A stretch of 64,000 bases of DNA from Somniosus microcephalus (taxonomy: Eukaryota). Below the pieces are notes generated by a model, which made no database searches, was not told where the DNA came from, and saw only the letters and a program-made list of their open reading frames with translations. The stretch covers positions 22,072,001 through 22,136,000 of the forward strand of contig CM126203.1 in NCBI GenBank assembly GCA_052327205.1, in the 5' to 3' direction. How positions within the stretch are numbered: position 1 is the stretch's first letter; each line of letters begins with the position of its first letter. The translations under genes and the position numbers were made by a program. Below are positions 1 through 13,448 of the stretch, piece by piece.

Positions 1-1780
1 GTCGACATGGACCGGGCGTTCGTTGACACAAAAGGCGCTTTAGCCAACGCAACCATGCTGGCACACCCGCTGCCAGGTGCCACCATCGCCCTTACCACCG
101 ACGCGTCAGACTACGCCATCGGCGCAGTGCAGGAACAGTGGGTGCATGGGACGTGGCAACCGCTGGCGTTTTTCAGCCGTCAACTACGGCGAAACGAACG
201 AAAGTACAACACGTTCGACCGGGAGTTGCTGGCCCTTTTTCTGGCCATCCGCCATTTCTTGCTAGAGGGTCGTCCGTTCATGGCTTTTGTGGACCATAAG
301 CCACTAACGTTCGCTATGGCCAAGACCGCCGAACCGTGGTCAGCTCGGCAACAACGTCAGTTGACGTTTATCTCAGAATTCACCACTGACATTCAGCATG
401 TGTCTGGTAAGGACAACCTGGTAGCGGATTGCCTCTCCCGCGCGACCATTCATGCAGTCCAGCTCGGCATCGACTATGCCCTCATGGCTGCGGATCAAGC
501 CTCGGATCCGGTGGTCCAATCTTACAGAACCAACCCCTCTAGCCTCCAAGCGGCTGATGTCAAATTCCATGCCGTGGGCACTACGCTACTCTGTGACGTC
601 CCCGTAGGAGATCCTCGCCCTATCGTCCCGGTCGCCTGGCGCCGAAAAGCTTTTGACGCCATCCACGGGTTGTCGCACCCTGGCATGAAGGCCTCGCAAT
701 GGTTGATGTCATCCAAATTCGTGTGGCGGGGCATGCACATGGATGTTCGCGACTGGGCCAACACCTGCGTGGTCTGCCAAAAGGCCAAGGTGCAGCGTCA
801 CGTCAAGGCCCCATTGGCCACTTTCGCCATTCCGGAACGTAGGTTTGATCATGTGCATGTGGACCTGGTGGGGCCACTTCCACCTTCACACGGGTTTACT
901 CATCTTCTTACAATGGTGGACCGCACCACTCGATGGCTGGAGGCGGTTCCTCTGTCATCCACCACTTCCGCAGACGTCGCCAGGGTATTCATCTCCTCTT
1001 GGGTTGCCTGTTTCGGGTTACCGGCGGACATCTCGTCCGATCGTGGGCCGCAGTTTTCTTTGGAGCTCTGGAACGCTGTGGCTCAGTGGCTCGGTGTCAA
1101 GCTACATCGCACCACTGCCTACCATCCACAGGCGAACGGTCTGTGCGAACGATTCCACAGGTCGCTCAAAGCCGCACTGCGAGCCAGCCTACAAGGCGTG
1201 GGCTAGGTGGACAGGCTTCCATTGGTCCTTTTGGGTCTTCGTACGGCACCTAAAGAAGATCTTCAATCGTCCTCGGCGGAGCTCGTATATGGCCAGCCGC
1301 TACGCGTACATGGGGATTTCCTTCCGACTCCAACAGAGCCATGGTCCGCGTCCCAGCAGCTCATCAGCCACCAGGAGGCAGCCAGAAGTTTCGCTCCAGT
1401 GCCTACATCGCATCACGGCTTGCAGAGCTCCCACGTCCCAGCTGAGCTGAAGAACGCCGACTATGTGTTTATCCGCCACGACGCTCATCGGGACCCGCTC
1501 AAACCCCCTTACACTGGTCCTTTCCGTGTGATAGAGCCGGGTGATGTCGGAGGTAAACCGGACACATTTTGGTTGACCGGTTGAAGCCGGCTCACTTGGA
1601 CCTTGACCGCCCAGTCGAGATCGCACAACCGCCGAAATGTGGCCGACCGCCCACAGTCGCCGTGCCAGATCAAACGCAACCGCCCGCCAGCTCGCCCGCC
1701 ATCCATCAGCTTCCACTTCAAGGCTACAGAAGTCGATCTGACTGGCTTGTCAGGCCTCCTCGCCATTTTACTTTTGCTAT
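1..1780 (+). pseudogene. Degenerate Gypsy pol (RNase H-integrase)
   Basis: ORF 7-1206 ends in an in-frame TAG, continues as 1207-1584, then frameshifts; small in-frame deletions. Confidence 0.9.
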
Positions 1781-1804
1781 TAAAGACAATTCTGGGGGGG
1801 CGCA

Positions 1805-2180
1805 TGTGGCGGAGCCACTAAGGGACTCCAATCAATTGTATATAATTCCCTTTAATAATATGTTGGCTACAGCCTGAGTCTGTATCTTTGTTTTCACTGT
1901 TTACATGTACAGAGCGCGATCACTTTAATAGCGCGGGTAAATGCGATGACGTCACGCCGTTCATCACGTGATCTCCCACCGGCGGGAAAAACGTGAAGAC
2001 GTCATGACGTCAGCCACGGGACCGCCCAAGCAGTCCTCGTGGAGCCTCCGAACTGACTAGACCTATATTCGATGTTCTCCTGTAGTTATCCGTTAAACTC
2101 TGTTAGTTTTCATTAAACCTCGTTTATTTGATCGCCTGAGTGGACCTCAGTCTTTTGGATAGGAACTAGACATTCCTACA
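1805..2180 (+). repeat. 3' LTR (376 bp)
   Basis: Begins TGT right after TCTGGGGGGGCGCA, ends CCTACA; ATTAAA near 2112; two TGACGTCA (CRE) palindromes. Confidence 0.8.
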
Positions 2181-2512
2181 AGTCTTTCTTTCTTTCTTTC
2201 TAAGTGTCTTAAAAAGTAAACTGTAACCATCTCGAACAAAGTTACACTAAAACATTTTTTTAAACTCTATAGCAGAGGGTTTGTTTAAACATAAGGGCAG
2301 AAAGAGACACAAACGTCTTGCATCAACGCACATGGATAACTCTTAGAGTTGCTGCTTATTTTCTTTGATTCAATGGGATTTATAGGTTTTTGTAGCAGAA
2401 AACAGCAGTAGTGCCTGGGCCCTGGGATAAAGGCAAATCACAGAGTAGAGCTACAGGTCTCTGGTACAACTGCCGCAGTGGTCATGGGACAGGACAAGAG
2501 ATAGAAAAAAAA

Positions 2513-2937
2513 AGGATGTCCCAAAGTGCTTTACAACCAATGAAGTACTTTTGAAGTGTTGTCACTGCTGTAATGTAGGAAACATTGCAGCCAATTTGCA
2601 CACAGCAAGGTCCCACAAACAGCAATGAGATAAAAAAAAAAGCAGATCATCTGTTTTAGTGATGTTGGCTGAGGGATACATATTGGTCAGGACACCAGGG
2701 ATAATTCCCCTGCTCTTCTTGAAAATAGTGCCATGGGATTTTATATGTCTACCTGAGAGGGCAGATGGGGGAGTTTGTAACGTCTCATCCAAAAGACGGC
2801 AACTCTGACAGTGCAGCACTCCCGCAGTACTGCACTGGAGTGTCAGCCTAGTGCCCAAGTCCCTGGAGTGGGACATCAACCCACGACCTTCTGACTCCGA
2901 GGCGAGAGTGCTACCCACTCTGCCAAGGCCGACACCG
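2513..2937 (-). mobile_element. tRNA-derived Deu-domain SINE (SacSINE1/AmnSINE1-like), near full length
   Basis: tRNA-like head (GGTAGCACTCTCGCCTC..GTGGGTT), Deu core (CCCATGGCACTATT..AAGAAGAGCAGGGG), L2-type tail; several other copies in the window. Confidence 0.85.
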
Positions 2938-3213
2938 TAAAGAACAGGACTAGTTGTGAGGGAACAGCTCAGGGGTAGTATTAGGATCAGTTAGTTGCCA
3001 GAATATCAGATTTTCCCTCAAAAATGCCAGTGTGGCTTCACTTTCCAATCTGAGCTGCTCCAGATGGGTAGATACCAAGCAGATAAAGGAAGGGCAGACG
3101 GGAGGGAAAATTGGAACACAGAAGCTTGAGTGGTTCTTTCCAGAAAGCTGGCTGGGGGAAGGGTATTTGTAGGATTCTGCGACCCGGATATTATGGTCTG
3201 ACTCTCCCTTGAG

Positions 3214-3792
3214 TACATAGATACATAGAAGATAGGAGCAGGAGTAGGCCATTCAGCCCCTTGAGCCTGCTCCGCCATTCAACGAGATCATGGCTGATCA
3301 TCCAAATTCAGTACCCGGTCCCTGCTTTCTCCCCATATCCCTTTGGCCTTAAGAAATATATCCAACTCCTTCTTGAATATATTTAATGAATTGGCCTCCA
3401 CTACCTTCTGTGGTAGAGAATTCCACAGGTTCACCACTCTCTGGGTGAAGAAATTCCTCATTTCTGTCCTAAATGGCTTACCCCTTATCCTTAGACTGTG
3501 ACCCCTGGTTCTGGACTCCCCGACCATCGGGAACATCCTTCCTGCATCTAGTCTGTCTAGTCTTGTTAGAATATTATAAGTTTTGATGAGACCCCATCTC
3601 ATTCTTCTAAACTCCAGCGAGTACAAGCCCAATCGACCCAATCTCTCCTCATACATCATTCCTGCCATCCCAGGTATCAGCCTGGTGAATCTTTGCTGCA
3701 CTCCCTCCATGGCAAGAACATCCTTCCTCAGATAAGGTGACCAAAACTGCACACAATACTCAAGGTGTGGTCTCACCAAGGCCCAGTACAGC
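3214..3792 (-). mobile_element. CR1 LINE 3' fragment
   Basis: LVRPHLEYCVQFWSP...NFFTQRVVNLWNSLP, CR1 3' UTR and short-repeat tail. Confidence 0.95.
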
Positions 3793-4224
3793 AGCCAATC
3801 AAACCTGCATGCTCCCACTCCATGCAGCGAAACATTTAGTGATTCAGTGCTCAGGGCTCCCATGATGCTCTTACTCTCCTTCAATTCATATGAACTGAAA
3901 CATCCAAAGTCAGCCCTTTGTTTGAATCAATCATCAGAAGCCACCAACCAGATGCCTGCTTGTTACCTGGCCCCATCTGATGTCCTCCTCGGTCAGGAAT
4001 TAGATTGGAAATTCTGCCAACAATAATGTCTTGCGTTTATATAATGCCTTGCGTTTATATAATGCCTTTAATGTAGAACTTTACAGCGGCGTAATCAGAT
4101 AAAAATAGCCATTTAAAAAATACATCTTACATTTGCACCCACTTCCTGTCAACATTTTCATTATAACCTCTCATGTTGGCATTTATAATGGGAACGTCTC
4201 TATGTAAACTCATCACACTCCAAT

Positions 4225-5258
4225 AGGAAGCAGAGGGTAATGGTTGATGGGTGTTTTTGTGACTGGAAGGCTGTTTCCAGTGGGGTTCTGCGGGGCTCAG
4301 TACTAGGTCCCTTGCTTTTTGTGGTATATATCAACGATCTAGACTTGAATATTAGGGGGTATGATTAAGAAGTTTGCAGATGATACTAAAATCGGCTGTG
4401 TGGTTGATACTGAAGAAGGAAGCTGTAGACTGCAGGAAGATATCAATAAATTGGTCAGGTGGGCAGAACAGTGGCAAATGGAATTCAATCCGGAGAAGTG
4501 TGAGGTAATGCATTTGGGGAGGGCTAACAAGGAAAGGGAATACACATTAAATGGTAGGACACCGAGTAGTGTAGAGGAACAAAGGGACTTTGGAGTGCAT
4601 GTCCACAGATCCCTGAAGGTAGCAGGCCAGGTAGAGAAGGTGGTTAAGAAGGCTTGCCTTTATTAGCCGTGGCATAGAATACAAGAGCAGGGGGGTTATG
4701 CTTCAACTGTATAAAACACTAGTTAGGCCTTAGTTAGAGTACTGCGTGCAGTTCTGGTCACCACATTACAGGGAAGATGTGATTGAATTAGAGAGGGTAC
4801 AGAGGAGATTTACAAGGATGTTGCCGGGAGTAGAGAATCTTAGCTATGAGGAAAGACTGGATAGGCTGGGTTTGTTTTCCCTGGAATAGAGGAGGCTGAG
4901 GGGAGACCTTACTGAGGTGTATAAAATTATGAGGGGCCTAGATAAAGTGGCTATTTCCCTTAGCAGGGGGCACCGATTTAAAGTAATTGGTGGAAGGATT
5001 AGAGGGGATTTGAGGGGAAATTTCTTCACCCAGAGGGTTGGGGGGGTCTGGAACTCACTGCCTGAAAGGGTGGTAGAGGCAGAAACCCTAACCACATTTA
5101 AAAAGTACTTGGATGTGCACTTGGGATGCTGTAACCTGCAGGGCTACGGACCAAGAGCTGGGAAGTGGGATTAGGCTGGATAGCTCTTTGTTGGCCGGCA
5201 CGGACACGGATGGGCCAAAATGGCCTCCTTCCATGCTGTAACTCTCAATGATTCTATA
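4225..5258 (+). mobile_element. CR1 LINE 3' fragment (RT to tail), disrupted
   Basis: KFADDTK, EFNPEKCEVMH, FFTQRV..WNSLP; ATTCTAT-type tail. Confidence 0.95.
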
Positions 5259-6170
5259 ATAACATCTTCCTGCCAGTAGAGGCACTGCAGCACCACCACT
5301 GGACACGGTGTGATTACAGTGTGACAAAGTTTACATAGGCAGTTTCCATTGTAAATGTGGGCATAGGAATTTATAATGAAGATACAAAAATAAAGACACA
5401 CGTATGGTTCTAAAATTGGGAATGAATTATGCCTGCAGGCGCTGGTCCAATTATCCCTCACCCTCTGACCCTGCTTCAGCTGGAGACTACACGGGTCTTG
5501 TTGACCCATGTGCAATACCACAGATCGGCTAGTGAAATGAAATAGTGGATTAAAATAAACAAACAGTCAGCTGGCCTGTAAGTATGAAGAATTAACCGCA
5601 GCAGACTGCCAACGTACTGGCATCCAACCAGTGACATTTCTGGGGCTACCAGAACTGCATGTGCTCAGTGTCGCGATCCAAGAGGAGAACTGTACGGGTA
5701 TTCATTTAAAAACACAGGTGAATACTTTATTTTAAATTAACCATTGCAAACCTAACTGGAGTCTTGATGCAATATGCTGTTTCCAGTTAATTTTGCATAC
5801 CTGGCCACTACTGGAGTCTGAGCGAGCGGACCTGCGGGAGGAACGGAGTCGGAGACTGGGGATAAAGGCAGCGCGGAGCAGAGACCTGGGAGTCTGAGTG
5901 AGCAGACTACCTGCGAGGGAGACAGTTGGCAAGCGACATAACGAAGGAGTGACGTCAGAATTCAAAGGTGTCGCTGGCACAAGGGAATGGAGAGGCGAGT
6001 ATAGGATGAGTATTTGTGGTAAGGTTTTTTTGTTCTGTTTTCAGTATATTTCTGCTAAGTAGTTCATAGCCTATCTAATAGAGGGAGGTGCTGATTGGTA
6101 CGTAGCTGTTGAGTGTTTCTTGTTCAGTTTATTTCTGCTAAATGACCTCCATAGTCTGGTAAATAGAGGC

Positions 6171-7133
6171 ATGGCAGGGCAGCTCAGTCCCGTGATTGGC
6201 ACATCCTGTGCCATGTGGGATATCCTGGACGCTTCTTGCGGCCTGGACGACCACGTGTGCAGGAAGTGTCGCCAACTGCAGCATCTCGAACTCCGAGTTT
6301 CGGAGCTTGAGCGGCAGCTGGAGTCACTACAGTGCATCCATGAGGCCGAGAACTACTTGGAAAGCACGTTTCTAGAAGTGGTCACCCCGAAGCCTCAGAA
6401 TGTGCAGGCAGAGAGGGAATGGGTGACCACCAGACAGAGGAGGAGGACCAGGCAGGTAGGGCAGGAATCCCCAGAGTGCATCTCGCTCGCTAACCAGTTC
6501 ACAGTTCTGGAAACTGGTGGGGGTGATGGCTCCTCTGGGGAGAGCAGCCAGAGCCAAGGCACCATGGGTGGCTCAGCTGTACAGGGGGAAGGAGGGGGGG
6601 GGGGGGGAGGAAGAAGAGTGGAAGAGCAATAGTGGTAGGGGATTCATTGGTTAGGGGAACAGAGAGGCGTTTCTGTGGACGCAGACGTGACTCCAGGAAT
6701 GGTATGTTGCCTCCCTGGTGCCAGGGTCAAGGATGTCACTGAAAAGCTGTAGGCCACTCTGAGGGGGGAGGGTGAACAGCCAGAGGTTGTTGTCCATATC
6801 GATACCAACGACATAGGCAGAAAGAGGGATGAGGTCCTGCAGGCAGACTATAGGGAGCTAGGAAAGAGATTAAAAAGCAGGACCTCAAAAGATAGTATCT
6901 CCAGATTACTCTCGGTGCCATGTACTAATGAATACAGGAATAGGAGGATAGAACAGATGAATGCGTGGCTGGAGAGACAGTGCAGGAGGCAGGGCTTTAG
7001 ATTCCTGAGGCATTGGGACCATTTCTGGGGACGGTGGGACCTGTACAAGCCGTACGGGTTACATCTCAACAGAGCTGGGACCAATATTCTTACAGGGAGG
7101 TTTGCTAGTGCTGTTGGGGAGGGTTTCAACTAG
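6171..7133 (+). pseudogene. CR1 ORF1 (zinc finger/leucine zipper plus esterase-like), frameshifted
   Basis: ORF pieces 6120-6632 and 6915-7133 (GLHLNRAG); intervening GDS.. and VVVHI.TND motifs in other frames. Confidence 0.85.
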
Positions 7134-7287
7134 CTTGGCAGGGGGATGGGCACCAGCATGTAGGAGTGATGGGGAGGAATAGGGTGCATGGAAGAGTGAG
7201 TGTGTTGGATGGTACTGGAGGGGAAGGTAGTGCTGGAGGCAGATGTAGTACCATATTAGATAGGAGCAGACTAAGAAAAACTCAAAA

Positions 7288-9977
7288 ATGGATTTAGAAT
7301 GCATGTACGTAAACGCACAAAGTGTGGTGAATAAGGTTGGTGAGCTACAAGCACAATTAGCCGTGTGGCAATATGATGTTGTGGCAATAACGGAAAGGTG
7401 GCTTAAAAATGGTGAGGACTGGGCATTTAATATTCAAGGGTACAAGGTGTTCAGAAAAGATAGGAAAGGAAAAAAGGGAGGTGGGTGGCAGTGCTGATTA
7501 AGACAGACATTGTAGTGTTGGAAAGGGAGGATGTTCTTGAGGGGGCAAGGACAGAATCCATTTTCTACAGGCCTCCAAATAGTGAGAGGGAGGTAGAGGA
7601 GCAAATCTGCAGGGAAATCGCAGTTTTGCAAGAGCTATAGAGTGGTGATATTGGGGGACTTTAATTACCCAAATATCAATTGGGATAATGCTAGGGTAAA
7701 GGGAAAGGAGGGAGAGGAATTTCTGAAATGTGTTCAGGAGAATTTCCTTGACCAATACGTTCTCGGCCCAACTAGGAAGGAGGCATTGCTGGATCTGGTG
7801 CTGAGGAATGAGGTGGGCCAGGTCGACCAAGTGTCTGTGGGAGAACACTTGGGTACGAGTGATCATCGTATCATAAGATTTAAATTAGCAATGGAGAGGA
7901 GCAAGGAACAATCTAGAGTGGAACTTCTAAACTGGAAGAGAGCTAACTTCAATGGGATGCGAAAGGATCTAGCCAGGGTAAAATGGAACCAAAGACTGAC
8001 AGAAAAAACTGTAACGGAACAATGGGTGATCTTTAAGGAGGAGATGTTCCAAGTACAGGCTAGGTACATTCCAACAAGAGGGAAGAGTAAGGGAACCAAA
8101 GCAAGGGCTCCTTGGATGACGAGGGAGATTGAGAAGATGAAGAAACAAAAAAAGAGGGTGTATGAGGCATGTCAGGTGAATTCTTCAAGGGAGAACCAGA
8201 CCAAATACAATAAGTTGAGAGGGAAGTGATGATGAAAATAAGATTGGCAAAGTGAGAATATGAGAGTAGAATGGCGGTTAACATAAAAGGGAACCCAAAA
8301 ATCTTCTACCGACATGTAAACAGTAAGCGGGTAGTAAGAGGCAGGGTGGGGCCTATTAGGGACAAAGAAGGTGATATGTGCTTAGAGGCACAGGGCCAGG
8401 CTAGAATACTCAATGAGTACTTTGTATTGGTGTTTACCAAGGAGGTGGATCCTGACAAAATATCGGTAGAAGTGAAAAAGGTAGAAGCAATGGAAGGGGT
8501 GAAAATTGATAGGGACGTACTAGAAAGGCTGGGTATGCTTAGAGTGGATAAGTCGCCTGGTCCAGATGGCTTGCATCCCAGGTTGCAAAGGGAATTGGGG
8601 GAGAAGATAGCAGAAGGGCTTGGCATAATTTTCCAATCTTCCCTAGATGCAGGAGAGGTGCCCGAGGATTGGAAAGTGGCAACTGTGACACCATTGTTCA
8701 AGAAAGGGTGTAAGGACAATCCTAGTAACTACAGGCCGGTCAGTTTAACATCAGTGGTGGGTAAAGTTTTAGAAACAATAATCAAGGAAAAAATTAACGG
8801 GCACTTGGAGAGGTTTAAGCTAATTAAGGAGACCAACACGGATTTGTAAAAGGCAGATCATGTTTGACTAATCTAATTGAATTTTTTGATGAAGTAACAG
8901 GGAGGATCGATGGAGGGAATGCAATGGATGTTGTCTACATGGATTTTAGGAAGGCGTTTGACAAAGTACCACATAGAAGGCTGGTTAACAAAATTGAAGC
9001 TCATGGAATAGGTAGGTCAGTGGCAGCTTGGATAAGTAATTGACTTAAGGACAGAAAACAGTGAGTTGTGGTAAATGGCTGTTTTTCAGACTGGGGGATG
9101 GTAGACAGTGGTGTTCCCCAAGGGTCAGTGCTGGGGCCACTGCTTTTTATAAAAATAAATGACCTGGCTATTGGAATACAGAGTAGAATTTCTAAATTTG
9201 CCAATGACACCAAACTTGAGGGTGTGGCAAACAGTGAAGATGATACCAATTGACTGCAACAGGACATAGAAAGGCTAGCAGAATGGGCAGACAAGTGGCA
9301 GATGGAATTTAATACAGAAAAATGAGGTGATGCATTTTGGCAGAAGGAACAGGGAGAGACAATATACACTTAATGGCACAGTTTTAAAGAGTGTGCAGGG
9401 ACAGAGGGACCTGGGAGTTAATGTGCATAGGTCCCTGAAGGTGGCGGGACATAGAGAGTGGTTAGCAACGCATATGGGATCTTGGGCTTCATAAATAGAG
9501 GTATTGAGTACAAAAGTAGAGAAGTTATGCTGAACCTTTATAAAGCGCTGGTTCGGCCACAACTGGAGTATTGCGTCCAGTTCTGGTCACACTTTAGGAA
9601 GGATGTGGAGGCACTTGAGAGGGTGCAGAGGAGATTTACCAGAATGGTTCCAGGGATGGGGGATCTTAGCTACAAGGATAGGTTGGAGAAGCTGGATTTG
9701 TTTATGATGGGTTTGGATAGGCTAGAAAGGGCAAGGCTGTTCCCATTAGTTGATGGTACAAGGACTAGGGGACACAGATTTAGGGTTTTGGGCAAGAGAT
9801 ACTGGGGGAATGTGAGGAAAAACTTTTTTTACACAGCGAGTGGTGATGACCTGGAATTCGCTGCCGACGGAAGTGGTGGAAGCGGAGACACTCAATGTTT
9901 TCAAGGTGAGACTGGATAGGCACTCGAGGGAAATAAACTTGCAGGGCTACGGGGATAGAGTGGGGGAATGGGACTGA
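7288..9977 (+). pseudogene. CR1 ORF2 (APE endonuclease-RT), fragmented
   Basis: Collinear ORF pieces starting at 7288, 7642, 8271, 9068 and 9458. Confidence 0.9.
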
Positions 9978-10051
9978 CTGGATTGCTCTGCAGAAAGCCG
10001 GCATGGACTCGATGGGCTGAATGGCATCCTTCTGTGCCATTATGACTCAAT

Positions 10052-12927
10052 GGGGTCGATTTTCCTGGAGCAGTCAGGTGGGGTTTCAGGCGTGGTGGGG
10101 GGGGGGGGGGAACAACACAAAAGTAGGGGGTCGCGACCCCCCCGTCCGACTTTCACCCCGGCATTTCAATCCGACCCAAATCAGAACCGCCCGCAGCAGG
10201 TGGCAATGGTCGTCGGGAGCCTAATCACCAATAATTGTCATCTTTAATGCCATTTTAGGGGGCCCGTGCTATTTTCAGCCTTTTCCCACGCTAAACACGC
10301 CTGGTGGGAACCCCGCTGATGAAACCTGGCGTGAACAATGTCGGCTTGCTTACTTTCAGCTGCTGGTCAATCAGACAGCATTTGTAGGTTGCAGGACCTT
10401 GTTGTTTCAGGCTTGGGTCAACTTGTTCCAGACTTAGGCACAGCTGTGGAAGGTTGGAGCCTCACACACTTCTCCAGTGTGACCTCCTACGAGACCCCTC
10501 TTGCCACCCTCACTCAGCGCTTCCTCAACTGAGGCACCTACCAGAAGCATGGGAGGCCTTTTTTTCCTTCCCTTCTTGGCATTAGAGGACCTCCAGCCCC
10601 AATCGTGAAATGACAGGCCACAAATTTCAGTTGCCATCTGAAATTTTATTTACAATAACCAACTGATGGCATTTTCAAAATAAACACATTTCACCCAAGT
10701 GACTACCCTTGTGATTAGTGGTGCTTTATTTTTCTCTTACGCGTGCTCCTACGTAGTGGCTCCCCTGTGGCTTCAGCAGATGTGGAGACCCCTTGCTCAC
10801 TTTCCTGCTGCTCCTGCCTCAACACCTTTGGCGGGCGTCCTCTGGGGTGGCGAGCCTGTGAGGGCTTGCCAGCAGTCTGCTGCTCCTGCGGCTGTGCAGG
10901 GGTTGAGACCTCTATCTCTGTTGGGTGTGGACTCCGGCGGGGCTCTGACCAAGGGCTCTGCAGTGGCATGGAAGTGTGAGCGCTTGGAGAGGAGCCCCCA
11001 CTTCCTTGAGGTCTGCCACCAACCTCCCTCTCATGGGTCAGGTCCCCCTCAGTGCCTGCAAGTGGCTTGAGAGCAGCTTGCTGCACATCAGGGGGGCCAT
11101 GGGGACCCGTTTCTACAATGGCAGTCCTACTCAGAGGGACTGCCATGAAGGTCTGGTTTCTCTGTTCAATAGATGCCCATCGCTCCTCCAGAGACGTCAG
11201 TCTATTCTGAACACTCACCATGTTTTCAACACTCTGGTGACTTAGCTCCATGGCTGTAGCCATCCTCTCCTCTACTGTAGCCATCCTTTCCGCAGAGGTT
11301 GCCATCCTTTCCGTGGTGATGCGTTCATGCGCCAATTACTCCACAAAGGCTCTGCTCATGTTCGCTATGGACTCCTCCATTCACTACACACTCGCAGTGA
11401 CCCTGGAGACAAAACCTGCCAGAGACTCCTGCATCTGTGCATGGAGATCCATCACCTCTTCTCTTGCGGATGGACCCAGAGGCAGAGGGTCGACATGCAG
11501 CAGAGCTGAGCTGGCAGAGTCCTGCGCCCTCCGACGGAGGACTCTCCACTGCTGTCCCTGTCTCCACCATCTGCTGATGCTCACTTGTGAGCTGTGATAC
11601 ACCAGGTGACAACACTAATCTATCTTGCGAAGGTCCCACCGAGGTGCGAGTGTCTGCGCTGGTGCTGGGTGCGCCGAATTCTGCTGACGCTGCGCCCTCA
11701 GAGGTGGGAGCTTCCTCTGAGGCGTCTGGCTGCTCAGCCTCCTCTTCCTCCGCAGTGGGGATGGGGGCTTCAGATGGTCCTGTGGGGGAGTAAAGGAAAG
11801 AGTTAGAGATGTGATGCCAAGGTTACATGCACATTGGATTTTGCAGATGTTCATAAGTCCAAATGATGTATCTTCAGAATCATAACAGCGACTCATGCTA
11901 TGTCAATGAGAGAGATGGAAAACTATTCAGTCACCAGCTTGCGGGCCTGACCCTGTCTCTCCTTCCCCAGCTTTCGCAGCCACATCAGTCTCGACAATTT
12001 CCAGGACTCCTTCCTCCCAGGGGGTCAGGTGGGCTATTGAGGGTGGGCCTCCTCCAGTCCTGTCTCGCTCTTTGTTGTTGTGAGCTCTCTTTTCCTGCAA
12101 TGAGGGAGACAAGTGAAGTTTGAGTGAGAATGAAGGAGTGAGTGTAGAGATTGCATAGCATAGATACTTAGAGGGAGACAAAGATGGTGTGAGCATGCAA
12201 GACCCTGTGTGTTGTCAGTTGTGCTCAAAGCATCAGAGTCAGAGGGAGTGTGAGGGCTGCATGGTGGAATAGTTATGTGAACGTGAGCATAGAGAGAGAG
12301 GGAATGGGTAAGGGTGCATGGATGTGACTGTGAAGTGGGATGTGGAGGAAGAGAGTGCTAAAGCTGAGTGCTGTTGGGGAAAGGCAATGGGGATCAGTTT
12401 GAGGGTGATGGAACTTCATACTTACTTTTCCTGTACGGTGAAGGTCATGGAATCGCTTCCGACACTGTATCCAGGTTCTTCTGGTGACTTCCAGCGAGTT
12501 GACATCTGCTGCCACCTGCATCCATGCAGCCTTGGTCTCGGTGGGAGGCCTCTTCCTCCCTGACCTAGGGAAGAGGACCTCCCTGTGGGCCCTCACCCCA
12601 TCCAATAATGCCTGCAGTGAAGCCTCGTCGAATTTGCTGCCAGCTCGGGGTCTGGCACAGGCCACAGCTGCTGCAGGCTCCTCTGCCATCCTGTGTGGTT
12701 CGTATGGAAGCCTGCAGAGGTTGCAATGCTTGCTGTGGACTTTAAAAGCACCACGAATGATGACATCATACTGTGGGGCTTTCTGACTGGAAATAGTCAA
12801 TTAGCAAGGGTTCCCACACGTTGGAAATGAATTGGCCAATTGAGGGAAAATTGCATCAATCTGGCAGACCCATTTACATTCGTGGGGGAACCCGACAATT
12901 CCCCGCACCTGCGGGAAAATCGACCCC
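10052..12927. mobile_element. PIF/Harbinger DNA transposon, non-autonomous (transposase deleted, Myb gene retained)
   Basis: Perfect 14-bp TIR GGGGTCGATTTTCC (10052-10065) / GGAAAATCGACCCC (12914-12927); 3-bp flanks AAT/TAT; internal Myb/SANT gene. Confidence 0.88.
10715..12689 (-). pseudogene. Harbinger Myb/SANT-like (trihelix) DNA-binding protein gene, 3 exons: 12689-12426, 12094-11935, 11779-10715
   Basis: KFDEASLQALLDGV..AAWMQVA..RRTWIQCRKRFHDL then TGGGPP..LTPWEE; GT-AG introns with matching phases; exon 3 has a frameshift near 11540 and in-frame stops. Confidence 0.85.
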
Positions 12928-13127
12928 TATGACTTTGAACAACCATTGAGGACAAATGCTGCAGCCCTTTTGTCCTTTGAGCCGGCAGCATCACCCGAGC
13001 AAGTATTTGATGTCTTCAGTTTAACATTTGGTCCTGTATATTACAGATATCACTTTAATAATTATTAGATACAGGTTTAAAGAGACCACCATTTAAGCAG
13101 GTAATATAAATAGGAACTTATTTTCCA

Positions 13128-13448
13128 GCACAACTAGCAAATCTGGAATAAAAAGCTAGTATCAGTAATGGTGACCATGCAACTATCAATTGTCTTAAAA
13201 ACCCATCTGGTTCACTAATGTCCTTTAGGGAAGGAAATCTGCCGTCCTTACCTGGTCTGGCCTATATGTGACTCCAGACCCACAGCAATGTGGTTGACTC
13301 TTAACTGCCCTCTGAAATGGCCCAGCGAGCCACTCGGTTGTATTCAAGGTGGCGGCTCACTGGCACTTTCTCGAGGGCAATTAGGAATGGGCAATAAATG
13401 CTGGCATTGCTGACGACGTCCATATGCCATGAATAAATTTTTAAAAAA
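13128..13448 (+). mobile_element. SINE, second family (5'-truncated copy)
   Basis: Core ACCCATCTGGTTCACTAATGTCCTTTAGGGAAGGAAATCTGCC and tail GGGCAATAAATGCTGGC shared with 16665-17076 and 24483-24561. Confidence 0.8.

Larger units (their letters stand above)
1..2180 (+). mobile_element. Gypsy/Ty3 LTR retrotransposon, 3' part (RNase H, integrase, PPT, 3' LTR); 5' part lies outside the window
   Basis: RNase H motifs (TDASDYAIG, YNTFDRELLA, DHKPL, ADCLSR); integrase HHCC (H..SHPG..C..C) and DDE (HVDLVGP, SDRGPQF, QANGLCER); GPY/F motif; G-run PPT then TG...CA LTR. Confidence 0.95.
5815..10051 (+). mobile_element. Near full-length, inactivated CR1 LINE (5' UTR, ORF1, ORF2, tail)
   Basis: ORF1 Cys cluster, coiled coil and SGNH-esterase-like part; ORF2 APE endonuclease (YVNAQS, ILGDFN, SDH) and RT ([16 protein letters not shown]); many stops and frameshifts. 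Confidence 0.95.

Noticed and set aside
2870-2937. tRNA-like sequences here and near 16665-16745
   Set aside because: These are SINE heads, not complete cloverleaf tRNA genes.
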